Shown: one piece after another, positions 52,653-62,793 of the stretch
Layout: the number at the start of each line of letters is the position of its first letter
Position numbering within the stretch: position 1 is the first letter of the stretch
Assembly (NCBI GenBank): GCA_965263355.1
Contig: CBDHHL010000032.1
Location: forward strand, 288,001-352,000
DNA: 64,000 nucleotides
Source: Leptolyngbyaceae cyanobacterium
GTDB lineage: Bacteria; Cyanobacteriota; Cyanobacteriia; Phormidesmidales; Phormidesmidaceae
Direction: 5' to 3'
Translations under genes and position numbers: made by a program
Notes under the pieces: model-generated
Told to the model about the DNA's origin: nothing
The model's input: the letters and a program-made list of their open reading frames with translations, nothing else
Databases searched by the model: none

Positions 52653-53729
52653 ATGAGCGAGACAATTAAAGCGATCGATAATCTCCACATCACGGGCTAC
52701 GAGGAATTGCCGCCGCCGAATGAGCTGAAGCAGGAGTTTCGGCTGAAGGGGCGAGCACTTGATACGGTGTTGGAAGGTCACCGTGCGGTTAAAGCAATCC
52801 TCGATCGTCAGGAATCGCGGCTAATTGTGGTGGTCGGACCATGCTCAATCCATAATCCGAAAGAAGCTTTGGAGTACGCCCGACGTTTGAAACAACTTGC
52901 CGACGAGCTGGCAGAGGATCTGCTAATCCTGATGCGGGTTTATTTTGAGAAACCGCGGACATCTGTGGGTTGGGAAGGGCTGATTTACGATCCGTATTTG
53001 GATGGCAGCCATCGCATTGACCACGGCATTCGGATCGGTCGTAAGCTGATGCTGGATATTGCTGAAATCGGTTTGCCGATCGCGATCGAAGCGTTGGACT
53101 TGATATCGCCTCAGTATCTACAAGACCTGGTAAGTTGGACGGCAATCGGGGCACGGACTACGGAGTCACCAACACACCGTAAGCTTGCTAGTGGAATCTC
53201 TTCAGCAATTGGATTTAAAAATAATGTGGATGGGAAGCTGATGGTGGCGATCAATGCGATTCGTTCAGCATCTGCGAATCACAGTTTTATTAGTGTCACA
53301 GGCGAGGGCAAGGTGGCGGTCTTTCGGACCGAGGGAAATCCCCATTGCCATGTAATTCTTAGGGGTGGCAAGTCACCTAATTATGATGCCGAGAGTGTTG
53401 CTGCTTGTGAAGCTGCTCTAGCTAAAGCGGGGCATAAGCCAAACGTCATGATCGATTGCAGTCATGGCAATTCCCGTAAGGATTGGCGGAAACAGCTAGA
53501 TGTGTTGAAAGCAGTTTCCCATCAGCTCCAGAATGGGAGTCAATCGATTATTGGCGTTATGCTGGAAAGTAATTTGCAAGAGGGGAACCAACCGATTCCT
53601 GATGACCCTGAAGAAATTCGTCCTGGTGTTTCGATCACTGATGCCTGCGTAGGGTGGGAAATGACTGAAACCGCTTTACGTGAATTAGCGGCAACAGTTG
53701 GCTCTGCATTAAAATCTAGAGCGAGTTGA
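52653..53729 (+). CDS. DAHP synthase, class I-alpha (AroF/G/H type)
   Basis: GPCSIH, RVYFEKPRT, IGARTTES, DCSHGNS, SITDAC. Confidence 0.94.
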   Translation: MSETIKAIDNLHITGYEELPPPNELKQEFRLKGRALDTVLEGHRAVKAILDRQESRLIVVVGPCSIHNPKEALEYARRLKQLADELAEDLLILMRVYFEKPRTSVGWEGLIYDPYLDGSHRIDHGIRIGRKLMLDIAEIGLPIAIEALDLISPQYLQDLVSWTAIGARTTESPTHRKLASGISSAIGFKNNVDGKLMVAINAIRSASANHSFISVTGEGKVAVFRTEGNPHCHVILRGGKSPNYDAESVAACEAALAKAGHKPNVMIDCSHGNSRKDWRKQLDVLKAVSHQLQNGSQSIIGVMLESNLQEGNQPIPDDPEEIRPGVSITDACVGWEMTETALRELAATVGSALKSRAS

Positions 53730-53777
53730 CATAACAGCTATGGTTTCTGGCGTTGCTAATTTGATTACAACGCTTTG

Positions 53778-53916
53778 GGGTACCAACTTAAAGCGGGAGG
53801 TTTTCCCAAGGATAGATGTCAGAAGTCAGGAGCCAGAAGCCATATCCCTTATCCATTCTGGCTCCTGACTTCTAGATTCCTAGTTAACCAGAATTTCCCG
53901 GCTTGAGTGGATACCC
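53778..53916. mobile_element. MITE, family A, copy 3, with 8-bp TSD
   Basis: TIRs GGGTACCAACTTAAAGCGGGA / TCCCGGCTTGAGTGGATACCC; ACGCTTTG at 53770-77 and 53917-24. Confidence 0.8.
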
Positions 53917-54507
53917 ACGCTTTGTAGCTTTTTCTAGCGCTTGGATATGGTGGGTTTGAGATAGCGATCGCACCATAAGCCAACTAACGTATGTTTGGTC
54001 GGGCTGGGCTAGACTTACTGGCCAAGTGACTTATTTTGACGAATGAATAACTGCTATAGCTTTCAATTCAGGCAAGAACAACGCGTCACCAAAAATGGAC
54101 AAGAGCCCATCAAGCCACTCGCATGGGCGGGTAGTGTCTAACTTGATAACCACTTTTGGCTCTCTAGCAGATATCCATCTTACCCAAAGATTTAGGCTGG
54201 CGACAGGTGTTTGGGAGTGCCTAGGATAAACGCTAAACGACCAACCACCTCAATTGCTGGCTAATTTGCCTGATTCCATAAAGAAGACGTTTTGCCTATA
54301 GGGTTTCTGATTTTTTTGAGTTAGGCACTCTTTTAGATAGGTATGCTGCTCATCAGATCTGCCATTCAACGACACCTGGCAAACCAACAATCTGACCCTG
54401 ATGAGGCTCCTAAAGAAGATGCTAAGAACAAAGTCCAGCATGGCCATCTGACCATGCTGGACCACTAATACCAAATCCAAATTCATTAAACCCGATTAAA
54501 AATGGAC

Positions 54508-54568
54508 AATCCTGTAGGGGCACTCCCTTGTGGATGCCCTTCGATACCGGGTGCGATCAAGCAGGATT
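54508..54568. repeat. REP-containing element, family B
   Basis: AATCCTGTAGGGGCACTCCCTTGTGGATGCCCT...CAGGATT. Confidence 0.7.
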
Positions 54569-54579
54569 TCGTATAACTA

Positions 54580-55707
54580 TTATGCTGGCTGAGGCATCAA
54601 TTTTATTCGCAATAGGTTAGCGATTTCGGACTTCTCCAAGAGACCAACCAAAGCTCCATTTGCCTGAGTAACCGCTAAAGCTTGAGTTTTCTGATTCTCT
54701 AGTTGGCGCATAACATCTATCAATGGTTTATCAGCCTCAACCTCGATTTCCTGTGCAGTCGGTTTCAAAAAGTCCCGAATCTCACAAGTAGTCCAATCAA
54801 CCGACGGAATTGTTTTGAGTATATCTAAATCAATAGTCCCAGCCAGCTGACTGTCCGGATTTGTTACCAAAAATTGCCTCCATGGACTGATGCCATTTGA
54901 AACAATCGCCATATCTGCTAAATCACGAAGCGTATTATCTATGCTGATGATGGGACTATTTTTAAGAACTGCATCAGCCGCTGTAAGCCCTGATAATGCC
55001 TCTTGAACTGTTGCTGATTGTGCAGACTGACCAGCATTTTGCAATATGAACCAGCCGATAATCAATGTCCAGACACTGCCAACGTTAGAAATTCCCAGAA
55101 CAGACAGCACACCTAAAGCAATTGCTGACCAACCAATGATCTGTCCTGAACGACTGGCCCAGCGTATTCCACGGTAACGATTACCGGACAATTTCCAAAC
55201 AGCAGCCTTAAGCACATTACCACCATCCAGAGGCAGCCCTGGGATCATGTTGAAGGTGGCAAGAACCAGATTGATATAAGCGAGTAAGCTGGTAATTGCA
55301 GCGAGTGGTCCAACGATTAAACCACTACTAGCCAACAGTGTTAGCAGAAAAAATAAGGTCAGACTGACGAGAGGACCAGCGACGGCAATCCAAAATGCGC
55401 CAGCGGGTGTTTTAGCCTCATCGTTTAAGCTGGCTAATCCACCAAACAAGAAGAGTGTAATAGAATTGACACTAATGCCTTGTTGTTGAGCTGCAAAACT
55501 GTGACCTAGCTCATGTAGCAGGACAGAAACAAATAGAAGAATACCTGCTACTAATCCTAAAACTAAAGCACTTGCTCCCAACCAGGGAAACTGTGCAGCT
55601 AACCCACCCCCAAAGTTCAAGGTGGTAAGCGCTAGAACAAAAAACCAGGAAATATTGATAAAGAAGGGAATACCAAACAGATTCCCAACACGAAAACTAC
55701 CGTTCAT
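54580..55707 (-). CDS. Site-2 (M50) zinc protease with CBS domains
   Basis: HELGH, AGP, FNMIPGLPLDGG, C-terminal CBS pair. Confidence 0.94.
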   Translation of the reverse strand: MNGSFRVGNLFGIPFFINISWFFVLALTTLNFGGGLAAQFPWLGASALVLGLVAGILLFVSVLLHELGHSFAAQQQGISVNSITLFLFGGLASLNDEAKTPAGAFWIAVAGPLVSLTLFFLLTLLASSGLIVGPLAAITSLLAYINLVLATFNMIPGLPLDGGNVLKAAVWKLSGNRYRGIRWASRSGQIIGWSAIALGVLSVLGISNVGSVWTLIIGWFILQNAGQSAQSATVQEALSGLTAADAVLKNSPIISIDNTLRDLADMAIVSNGISPWRQFLVTNPDSQLAGTIDLDILKTIPSVDWTTCEIRDFLKPTAQEIEVEADKPLIDVMRQLENQKTQALAVTQANGALVGLLEKSEIANLLRIKLMPQPA

Positions 55708-55800
55708 ATCGGTCTCCTTTCACAAACTTGGAGCTGGAGAAGCCAATCAATCTTCGGCACAATCTGAAAACTTTTTGAAGGCTATTCCCAGCTCACTACC

Positions 55801-55818
55801 AGCGTAACGAATTGTAAA
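55801..55818 (-). promoter_or_regulatory. HLR1-like (RpaB) site
   Basis: TTTACAAT-TC-GTTACGCT on the minus strand, upstream of the protease. Confidence 0.4.
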
Positions 55819-56003
55819 AAGCTTCTCATTTTTTTTGGGTGGTAATTGCCGCCCGTCATTGAGTTCGGTTTAGACGGTTAGCCTAACTCTTATTTCCTGA
55901 GACTCCATTTTCGTGTAGTCACCTACGGAATAAATAGATTTAGGTACACAGCTTAGAACCATCTAAAGATGCAAAATACGTCGAAACATAACTTAACATT
56001 CCC

Positions 56004-56021
56004 TTTAGATTACGTTACATT
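56004..56021 (+). promoter_or_regulatory. HLR1-like (RpaB) site
   Basis: TTTAGATT-AC-GTTACATT upstream of the rhodanese gene. Confidence 0.45.
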
Positions 56022-56065
56022 ATAGGCGTCGTTCTTATTAACAGCATCTTTAGCTGTTCAATGTT

Positions 56066-56440
56066 ATGCCCACCCCTTCTATCTTTTTTTCCGTTCCAGG
56101 ACCTCTCAAGGCTCAGTCCACTGTTTTTGAACTCAAAGACCGTCTTGATTGGGGCGAACCTGCTCTGACTATTATCGACGTTAGAAGCAGAGAGGCTTTC
56201 AATTCAAGTCGCATTACCGGAGCAGTTCTAATGTCCATGGACGAATTAGTAATAATCGCCTCTGCATCTCTTGAGTATGAGCGTGATATCTACGTTTACG
56301 GTAGCTCTAATGAGCAGGCTGCTGAAGCTGCCTCAAAACTCCGTAAAGTTGGTTTTCAAAATGTTTCTGAGCTTACCGGTGGCTTAGCAGCATGGAAAGC
56401 AGCTAACGGTGCAATCGAAGGTGCTTTGGCCGCTGCATAG
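56066..56440 (+). CDS. Rhodanese-like domain protein (no catalytic Cys)
   Basis: LKDRLDWGEPALTIIDVR, RITGA, GGLAAW. Confidence 0.9.
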   Translation: MPTPSIFFSVPGPLKAQSTVFELKDRLDWGEPALTIIDVRSREAFNSSRITGAVLMSMDELVIIASASLEYERDIYVYGSSNEQAAEAASKLRKVGFQNVSELTGGLAAWKAANGAIEGALAAA

Positions 56441-56483
56441 CACTTGAGTCTCTCAGCCCAGTTTTCTTAATCTTCTAGAAATC

Positions 56484-56526
56484 AAGCTTCTCACCATAGC
56501 CATGTGGTCTGGTGGGAGCTTATTTC
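56484..56526 (+). terminator. Intrinsic terminator
   Basis: AAGCTTCTCACCA...TGGTGGGAGCTT followed by a T-rich tract. Confidence 0.55.
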
Positions 56527-56734
56527 TTTGTAAATGTAATTTACAAAGTAGGCTTGACGCCGCAATTCAATTGTTTCTAGTCAAAGTTATAGCAAACTGC
56601 TGAATGCCTATCTCCGTAGGAGAGTTTGCACCAACAGCAGTTTGCTTTGCACATAGCTATTGCTATTTATAGCTTTCAGCGATCATCAATGCTGTGAACT
56701 ATGTGCGCAAAGCTATATTTCATCAAATTATCCT

Positions 56735-57457
56735 ATGTTCTCTGACCTACCATTACACATATCCCGCAGTTTGTTGATAACAATGGGGACTCAAGTAAGT
56801 GTTCGTCACGCAGAAAGAATTCCGTCCAACGGGGCTATGCTAGTGATTAGTAACCATCGTAGTTTTCTCGATTTACCACTAGTGATAAACGCGTTAGGCC
56901 GCTCAGTTAGATTTGCTTGTCATCACTACATGAGCCAGGTCCCTGTCCTGAAGGAAATAGTCTCCACGTTAGGATGTGTTCCTCTGGATGCACCTGGACA
57001 GCGCCGACAGGTTTTCTTTGAACAAGCAATTGATTTACTACAAACCCATCAGCCTGTTGGTATTTTTCCAGAGGGCGCTCGTCCGATGGTCCAAGCGACT
57101 AATCCAAATGAACTGAGCCAATTTCATCGAGGATTTGCTCATTTAGCACTGCGGGTACCTGTCCAAAAGTTAGCTATTCTGCCAGTAGCTATTTCAGCAA
57201 TTGAAGAGACTATCACCCCAGTGGCACCACTTAAACTGTTTAGTCTGTTTGATCCGTCAGAACCACTTTTCGACCAGTCTGGTTGGCACCCGTCCGTTAA
57301 CTATCATCGTGTAAATCTCTCAATTGGCAGCCCCATTTGGGTTACAGACTCTCTTAGAGAACAGTATCAAGGCAAACAGGCAGGACGATTGGCTAAGGTT
57401 TTAACTCGAGCTTGCCATGGTGAGATCAAGAATCTTCTGCGTGAGGGTTTTGCCTAA
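56735..57457 (+). CDS. Lysophospholipid acyltransferase (PlsC family)
   Basis: NHRSFLD, FPEG, LPV. Start reassigned to ATG 56735. Confidence 0.9.
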   Translation: MFSDLPLHISRSLLITMGTQVSVRHAERIPSNGAMLVISNHRSFLDLPLVINALGRSVRFACHHYMSQVPVLKEIVSTLGCVPLDAPGQRRQVFFEQAIDLLQTHQPVGIFPEGARPMVQATNPNELSQFHRGFAHLALRVPVQKLAILPVAISAIEETITPVAPLKLFSLFDPSEPLFDQSGWHPSVNYHRVNLSIGSPIWVTDSLREQYQGKQAGRLAKVLTRACHGEIKNLLREGFA

Positions 57458-57463
57458 CAAACT

Positions 57464-58177
57464 CTAGCTTTCTTGGCTCATACTGGCACAAAGTTCAAGA
57501 ATAGATTCTTTAGCTACGGCAGGTAATGTCTGCAGCAAAAAATGTGAGCCAACAATTTCACGAGTTGCCAGTAAGGGAAACGCACGTTTAATTTCTAACT
57601 GTTTTGAGGCTGGCACCAATTGATCATCTGATGCTTTTAGATAGCCAAGTGGTACCGGAGACTTTCTGATTCTCCATAGGTCATTAATACTACGAAGTAA
57701 GTTTAACCGATATGAGATAACGTCAGGCCTTACCAACTGTAGCGTTTCACGAAATGAATCTAGTATTGTTTCTGGACAGCTAAAGCCAAAACAGGCAACT
57801 CGTAAAGGAAACGACGGTATTGGAAAACGTAACAGTAACGGTAGTGGCATTTGCCCGACAAACTCAAGCAATAATGGTTGTGGACTTGTCAAAAAACTTG
57901 CACAAAAAATGATGCCACTGAGTTGTGGATACTCAATTAAGCGAGCAGCAATTGGACCAGCAAAGGATTCGGCAATAAGAATAAAGTGGGTAGACGTTGG
58001 CAGTTGACCTCGAACGATCTCAGTCAGCTGATCGTAGTCTAGTAGACGATCCCGAGGATAGTTGATTACTATGATGTGACTCCTGTCTAAAAACTGTTCA
58101 AGAAAATATGAAAAAAGGAGTCCAGTGCCATCTAATCCTGGAAGTAGCACTAATGTATGAGTTAATGAGCTTTCCAT
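57464..58177 (-). CDS. Alpha/beta fold hydrolase
   Basis: LPGLDGTG, AESFAG, D..VP, SHFLL; convergent with the acyltransferase. Confidence 0.85.
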   Translation of the reverse strand: MESSLTHTLVLLPGLDGTGLLFSYFLEQFLDRSHIIVINYPRDRLLDYDQLTEIVRGQLPTSTHFILIAESFAGPIAARLIEYPQLSGIIFCASFLTSPQPLLLEFVGQMPLPLLLRFPIPSFPLRVACFGFSCPETILDSFRETLQLVRPDVISYRLNLLRSINDLWRIRKSPVPLGYLKASDDQLVPASKQLEIKRAFPLLATREIVGSHFLLQTLPAVAKESILELCASMSQES

Positions 58178-58569
58178 GCACCTCAGTCTTATTTGTCAGC
58201 AATATCACCGGTATCAATTCTAAACTCAATAAAGGTGACCTTAAACCCATGGCGTAGTAACACCGCTCCCCTAATATCAGCACTTTCGACAGTTAAGGCA
58301 TGAGTATTAGGGTTCTAAAAATTTCCGTTGCTACAGTCCAAGTCTCCTGCAATAGTGGAGCCTGATAATCAAACTTCACCATTTGCTGTAAACCCATGAC
58401 ACAGCGAAGACTTCCACCGATATTGACTCCTGATAATGAGAACTCTCCCAAAGTAGCATTCTCGCATGCGACATAACCTGTGACTACACGTAAAAGGGAA
58501 CAAACAGCCAAAATATGGACTAATTTTGGGTTTGTTAGCTAGTGCTTATAATCATTCGCCCTAGAATCA

Positions 58570-59046
58570 TAGCCGCCAGTTACTCCTGCCCACAATAAAC
58601 TAGCAAGTGCACTGAATGCACCACTTTGGTTTGGCTTGCGAGGTAAACCCTACAGTGTGTTTGTGACCGATCAGCGTTTATGGATTCCATCGGTAAATCT
58701 TTACACCTATCCTGATGTGATGGTGATTGCAGATCCAGTAGGCCTCAAACCAGGCCGAAAAGACACGGTTACCAATCCGCTCTTAATTGCTGAGATGCTA
58801 TCAGAATCTAAACAAACTTACGATCGCAGCGGCAAGTTTGAAGCCTATCGGACCCTCTCAACATTTCAGGAATATTTGCTGCTCGACCAATATCGTCCCT
58901 ATGTAGAAACCTTTGTGCGCCAGTCAGAGGGCAGCTGGACTTTTACAGTCTATAGCAACCTGGAGGCCATAATTTCGCTTTCTTCTCTAGATATGGACAT
59001 TGCATTGGCTGATATATACGAACAAATACAGTTTGCTAACGCCTAA
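58570..59046 (+). pseudogene. Uma2 family endonuclease, 5'-truncated
   Basis: TPAHN, YTYPDVMV, NPLLIAEMLS, KFEAYR..FQEYLL. Confidence 0.75.
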
Positions 59047-59235
59047 AGAAAACAGTATCCCTACGCAAGATACAAAACATCTCTTGCTGGTGTACTCTCC
59101 TGGGGATTCCCATTTAAACCGTTCCTCAATAAGCATTAATAACGAAAGGTCTCATAAACCTTATAAAAATCTTTCAAATCCTAGCGCCGACTGTCGCTCT
59201 CCATCTAATAGAAGTGGTCTATTTGTTTACAAACC

Positions 59236-61374
59236 ATGACCCAATCAACATCAGAGGCCTCAGCTTGGAGCTGTCATCAAATGGATGGCTATCGGATTCA
59301 TCAATCCGGTAAACACATCAATGGTACTTTCATGCGAGTGTATGTACCCGATGCAGCGATACAGTCCAATGGGCAGCGTCTTAAAGCAATTATGTATCTC
59401 CATGGGTTTGCCCTATGCATGCCCTCTTTTTATGAAAAACATCTGGAAACGTTAGCCAAGGAACAGGGATATGTGGTCTTTTTCCCTGATTTCCAACGTA
59501 GCCTTTATCCCAATACTCAACCGGAAGAGTCAGACCCAGAACAACCCGAGATCAACAATTTCCAAACTTGGCTTTCTGTGGCTACCCAGAAACCTGGTGA
59601 GGGCAGAAGCTTTCTAGGCGCTGATGATATCCATCCCATTTTTGCTGATATTTCTGAATCGGATGGCGCAGAATTAGGAGGTGGCCTGTCTGAATCAAAA
59701 TGGGTGGCCCGACGCGTTGCCTGGTCATTAGTCCTGATTATTGGTGCTTTGAATATTCTTGGTTGGGTGTTTAAGGAGTATGCCAAGAATTTAATCACGC
59801 TTATATCCACGGTCGGGTTGAGTTTATTTCACCGACCGACGGAATGGCTAGACGATGCGATTGATCTGACGGATAAAGCCTGGGCTGACTTGGGGAATGA
59901 ATTTTATCCCCACTGGGCGGAGGATGACGTGGATGCGTTTGCCTTTGGTCATTCTCTAGGGGGATTAATCGCCCTGAGTCTGCCGTCTGAATTTGAGAAA
60001 AGGCCCCCTGAAAAGCAACGGTTTGCGCCACAACAGATTGTCACGGCTGACCCGGCCCCAAGTACTGAAATGGGGATTCCGGGATTTGCGATCGCGCTCC
60101 TAAAGCTATTTAACGCCCCATTCACCGCTGAACCCATTGAGATTGAAAATACAGGTCCTAGCCTCACCAATCCCGTGGCTATCTTGCACGGTGGTTCTGA
60201 TGAAATCGTTAAGCCAGATGATTGGGTCAAACCCCCAGCCGGCAAACTAGACTCAAACTACGACTGCATTGCCAGTCCAGGCAAAGCCATTTACTTCTCC
60301 TATTCTAATCCTGACGCCAATCTCGTAGCCTTTCACAATCAGGCAGTAACCGACACCAGTTACTACGGCGATGGGTTATTCAAACATTTTGGTGGGGTCA
60401 AAAAGGGTCCCAATAACTACAACTTTCACTATGTTTGGCCCGGTGCAGATAAAATTTTCAAAGGTGATGCCACACCTCAAAACCTACGAGAACACCTGGA
60501 AACAAGCGATTTTCAGATAGGAACTGAACCCCCTTCCGAAGAAAAATCATTTTTTGCCCAATTTCAGCGCATTGCCATCTTTTTAGGAATTGCGTTTCTT
60601 GGGTTGGGGTATATCCTCAGTGTTCTGCCAGAAGTTGCACAACCGCTGGATGCTGAACGAACCTGCATTACAGGGGGTTGGAAGCTGGCGTTAATTCTCA
60701 CACACATTTTGACCTTTGTGCTGATTCCCCTGGCTATGCGGGTGTTCTACCAAGCATTAACCATTTTACAAGCACCAAAGAGTGCCATTTTCGCCTCCCA
60801 GCTGGGGTTATCCTTCATTATGGTATCCATTGCCTCAGAAATTGGTTGGCACGTCACCCAATGTTGGTACTACCAGAATGATTTTACGATGCTGAATTTC
60901 ATGTTTTATTTCTTCTTGATTTCAGCATTTGCCCTCTGGGCCGATGGTTTGGCAAGAGAAAACACCCAAATCACCAAGGTGCTTAACATTGTTTTCGCTG
61001 TAGGTTTGTTAATTGTGTCGATCCTTTATCCCCTAGGGAATATTGTCCAGAACAGTGCCTATAAAGTGCCAATATACATTGTTCTCACCGTGATTTTTGC
61101 AGTGTTGACCTATCGCGGCTATCACCTGCTAAATAAGGATTGGCGGATTATTTTCTTCCCAATCTTTTCCGTGGGGGTGAATTTATTCTTTGTGGCGTTA
61201 CTCGACAAATATGGCGGCAACCCTTATACCAATCCCCAGATTATGAACAATGCGCTTTTCCATATTCTGCACGATTTTGCCGGCACCCTCGCTGGCGTTG
61301 CCATCTTTACCTGGTTAGTTTATGAAAAGAGCCAGCAGGTGATCCAGGCCAGGCGTGAGCAGTTACCAGGATAA
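59236..61374 (+). CDS. Alpha/beta hydrolase fused to a polytopic (1+7 TM) membrane domain
   Basis: YLHGF, GHSLGG, HGGSD, AFH; C-terminal TMs with SEIGWH and HILHD. Confidence 0.8.
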   Translation: MTQSTSEASAWSCHQMDGYRIHQSGKHINGTFMRVYVPDAAIQSNGQRLKAIMYLHGFALCMPSFYEKHLETLAKEQGYVVFFPDFQRSLYPNTQPEESDPEQPEINNFQTWLSVATQKPGEGRSFLGADDIHPIFADISESDGAELGGGLSESKWVARRVAWSLVLIIGALNILGWVFKEYAKNLITLISTVGLSLFHRPTEWLDDAIDLTDKAWADLGNEFYPHWAEDDVDAFAFGHSLGGLIALSLPSEFEKRPPEKQRFAPQQIVTADPAPSTEMGIPGFAIALLKLFNAPFTAEPIEIENTGPSLTNPVAILHGGSDEIVKPDDWVKPPAGKLDSNYDCIASPGKAIYFSYSNPDANLVAFHNQAVTDTSYYGDGLFKHFGGVKKGPNNYNFHYVWPGADKIFKGDATPQNLREHLETSDFQIGTEPPSEEKSFFAQFQRIAIFLGIAFLGLGYILSVLPEVAQPLDAERTCITGGWKLALILTHILTFVLIPLAMRVFYQALTILQAPKSAIFASQLGLSFIMVSIASEIGWHVTQCWYYQNDFTMLNFMFYFFLISAFALWADGLARENTQITKVLNIVFAVGLLIVSILYPLGNIVQNSAYKVPIYIVLTVIFAVLTYRGYHLLNKDWRIIFFPIFSVGVNLFFVALLDKYGGNPYTNPQIMNNALFHILHDFAGTLAGVAIFTWLVYEKSQQVIQARREQLPG

Positions 61375-61611
61375 TCGTCTGAAGCCCTTTCTAGTGGAGA
61401 TATTTGAATAACGGGTTGGGTTGATTCGGTGCGCTACTGCAATCCAACTCGTTTTTTCATCCTAAAAATGACATTCTTGTAGATGACCTGTAATACCAGG
61501 AAGTAGTTAACCTAATGCAAATTGTCAATCAACGTATGCTATGAAAGGCTTATGCCTGGTCAGTTTTGCTTGAGTAAGGGGAGAGAGGGCCAACATGGCA
61601 GGAGCTAAAGC

Positions 61612-62030
61612 TTACATCCCAGCTGTCAACAACTGTTGTGCACTGATATTCAGGTTAGGCAAACCAGGTGACACTAACGCTTTATCGTCCACAAATATCT
61701 GTTCAGTGTAGTTTCCATCCACCAGACTCAGGATCAATACCTGTTTGGCAATCGGGTCAGTTATCTAATATTCTGGAATACCCCGTTGAGCGTACTCTTG
61801 ACGCTTTTTTACATAGTCACGCTCTCGCGATTCCTTATTCGTATCACTATTTGACACAATCTCTACCACCAGAGCAGGTGCAGGCATATCCAATTGCACC
61901 AGCGATCTCGGTTTACCTGAGAGAGCAGCCACGCCTGTTTCTGCAAGCACCATCGCGTTTCTACCCATCGAGCAGGTACAAATTCCACCTGCAGATTCGT
62001 TGTTGGCCTAAGTAAGTCGTGTTATCCCAC
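61612..62030 (-). pseudogene. Uma2 family endonuclease pseudogene
   Basis: PALVVEIVS, RDY..KRQEYA.RGIPEY* (W to TAG at 61765), ITDP; 5' part degraded. Confidence 0.8.
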
Positions 62031-62184
62031 CTGGGTTCAAACCTTTGGGGTAATTAACATGAAAACAGTTGACGGTACTGATTGGGGTGCGATCGCGTAA
62101 GCTCAGTACAATTACTTATTACTTTGATCTTGAAATCTAATAAACCATTTTTGTCAAGCATATTTGCAATTCGTAATATTTTGC

Positions 62185-62202
62185 GTTACATTAGTTTACA
62201 TA
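62185..62202 (+). promoter_or_regulatory. HLR1 (RpaB) site
   Basis: GTTACATT-AG-TTTACATA, consensus match, 35 bp before psb34. Confidence 0.75.
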
Positions 62203-62236
62203 AGAACACACACTTAAGAATCAAGGAAGCCAAATT

Positions 62237-62407
62237 ATGTACACCACTGTTAATGAAACCGGTCAGCTCAATAACTACGCTACCGAGCCTGAGATGTACC
62301 TAGCGTCTTACCCTGCACCTGAGCAGCAGCGCCGTTACCTGCTTCAAGGTGGTCTAGCTACATTGCTTATCGCCATATTGGCGTTAACGGCCCTAGCCGT
62401 TAGCTAA
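62237..62407 (+). CDS. psb34: Ssl1498-family HLIP-like PSII assembly factor
   Basis: MYTTVNETGQLNNYATEPEMYLASYPAPEQQRRY plus one TM; 56 aa, below the ORF-track cutoff. Confidence 0.88.
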   Translation: MYTTVNETGQLNNYATEPEMYLASYPAPEQQRRYLLQGGLATLLIAILALTALAVS

Positions 62408-62464
62408 GCCGTATCTAATCTGCTTCACGACACATTTCAAAATAAAAGTAAGGAGACAAAAGTT

Positions 62465-62695
62465 ATGTTTGGTATCTTGTTAGCTGTCATTATTGTTGGT
62501 TGGGTCGCTGCATCCATCATTGGTACCCAAGCCTACTTCTTTGGAGAGCAGTCCAAACCTATCCATGAGCGCAACTGGAGTTCTGAAAGTTTTGAGGATA
62601 TTGCTAAGTTGGTAACCGGTCGTGACACTGACTTCAATGAGCGTGTTTATCCCTTTGGCGGTGATGCTTACACCAGTAATGCTGCCAATAGCTGA
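62465..62695 (+). CDS. Psb35-related single-TM protein
   Basis: VGWVAASIIGTQAYF.GEQSKPIHERNW; AGGAG RBS. Confidence 0.7.
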   Translation: MFGILLAVIIVGWVAASIIGTQAYFFGEQSKPIHERNWSSESFEDIAKLVTGRDTDFNERVYPFGGDAYTSNAANS

Positions 62696-62747
62696 TAGTC
62701 TTAGCTAGCTGTTGGCAAAAACAACTATCACCTGACAAAGATTTTGA

Positions 62748-62793
62748 AGGACATTAGTTACTAGGCAATCACCTAGACTAATGTTCTTTTTTT
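62748..62793 (+). terminator. Intrinsic terminator
   Basis: GGACATTAGT..CTAGG-loop-CCTAGACTAATGTTC followed by T7. Confidence 0.7.

Noticed and set aside
50629..53916. Composite transposon formed by the two MITEs
   Set aside because: Copy 3 has its own TSD and the outer flanks do not match, so the insertions were independent.
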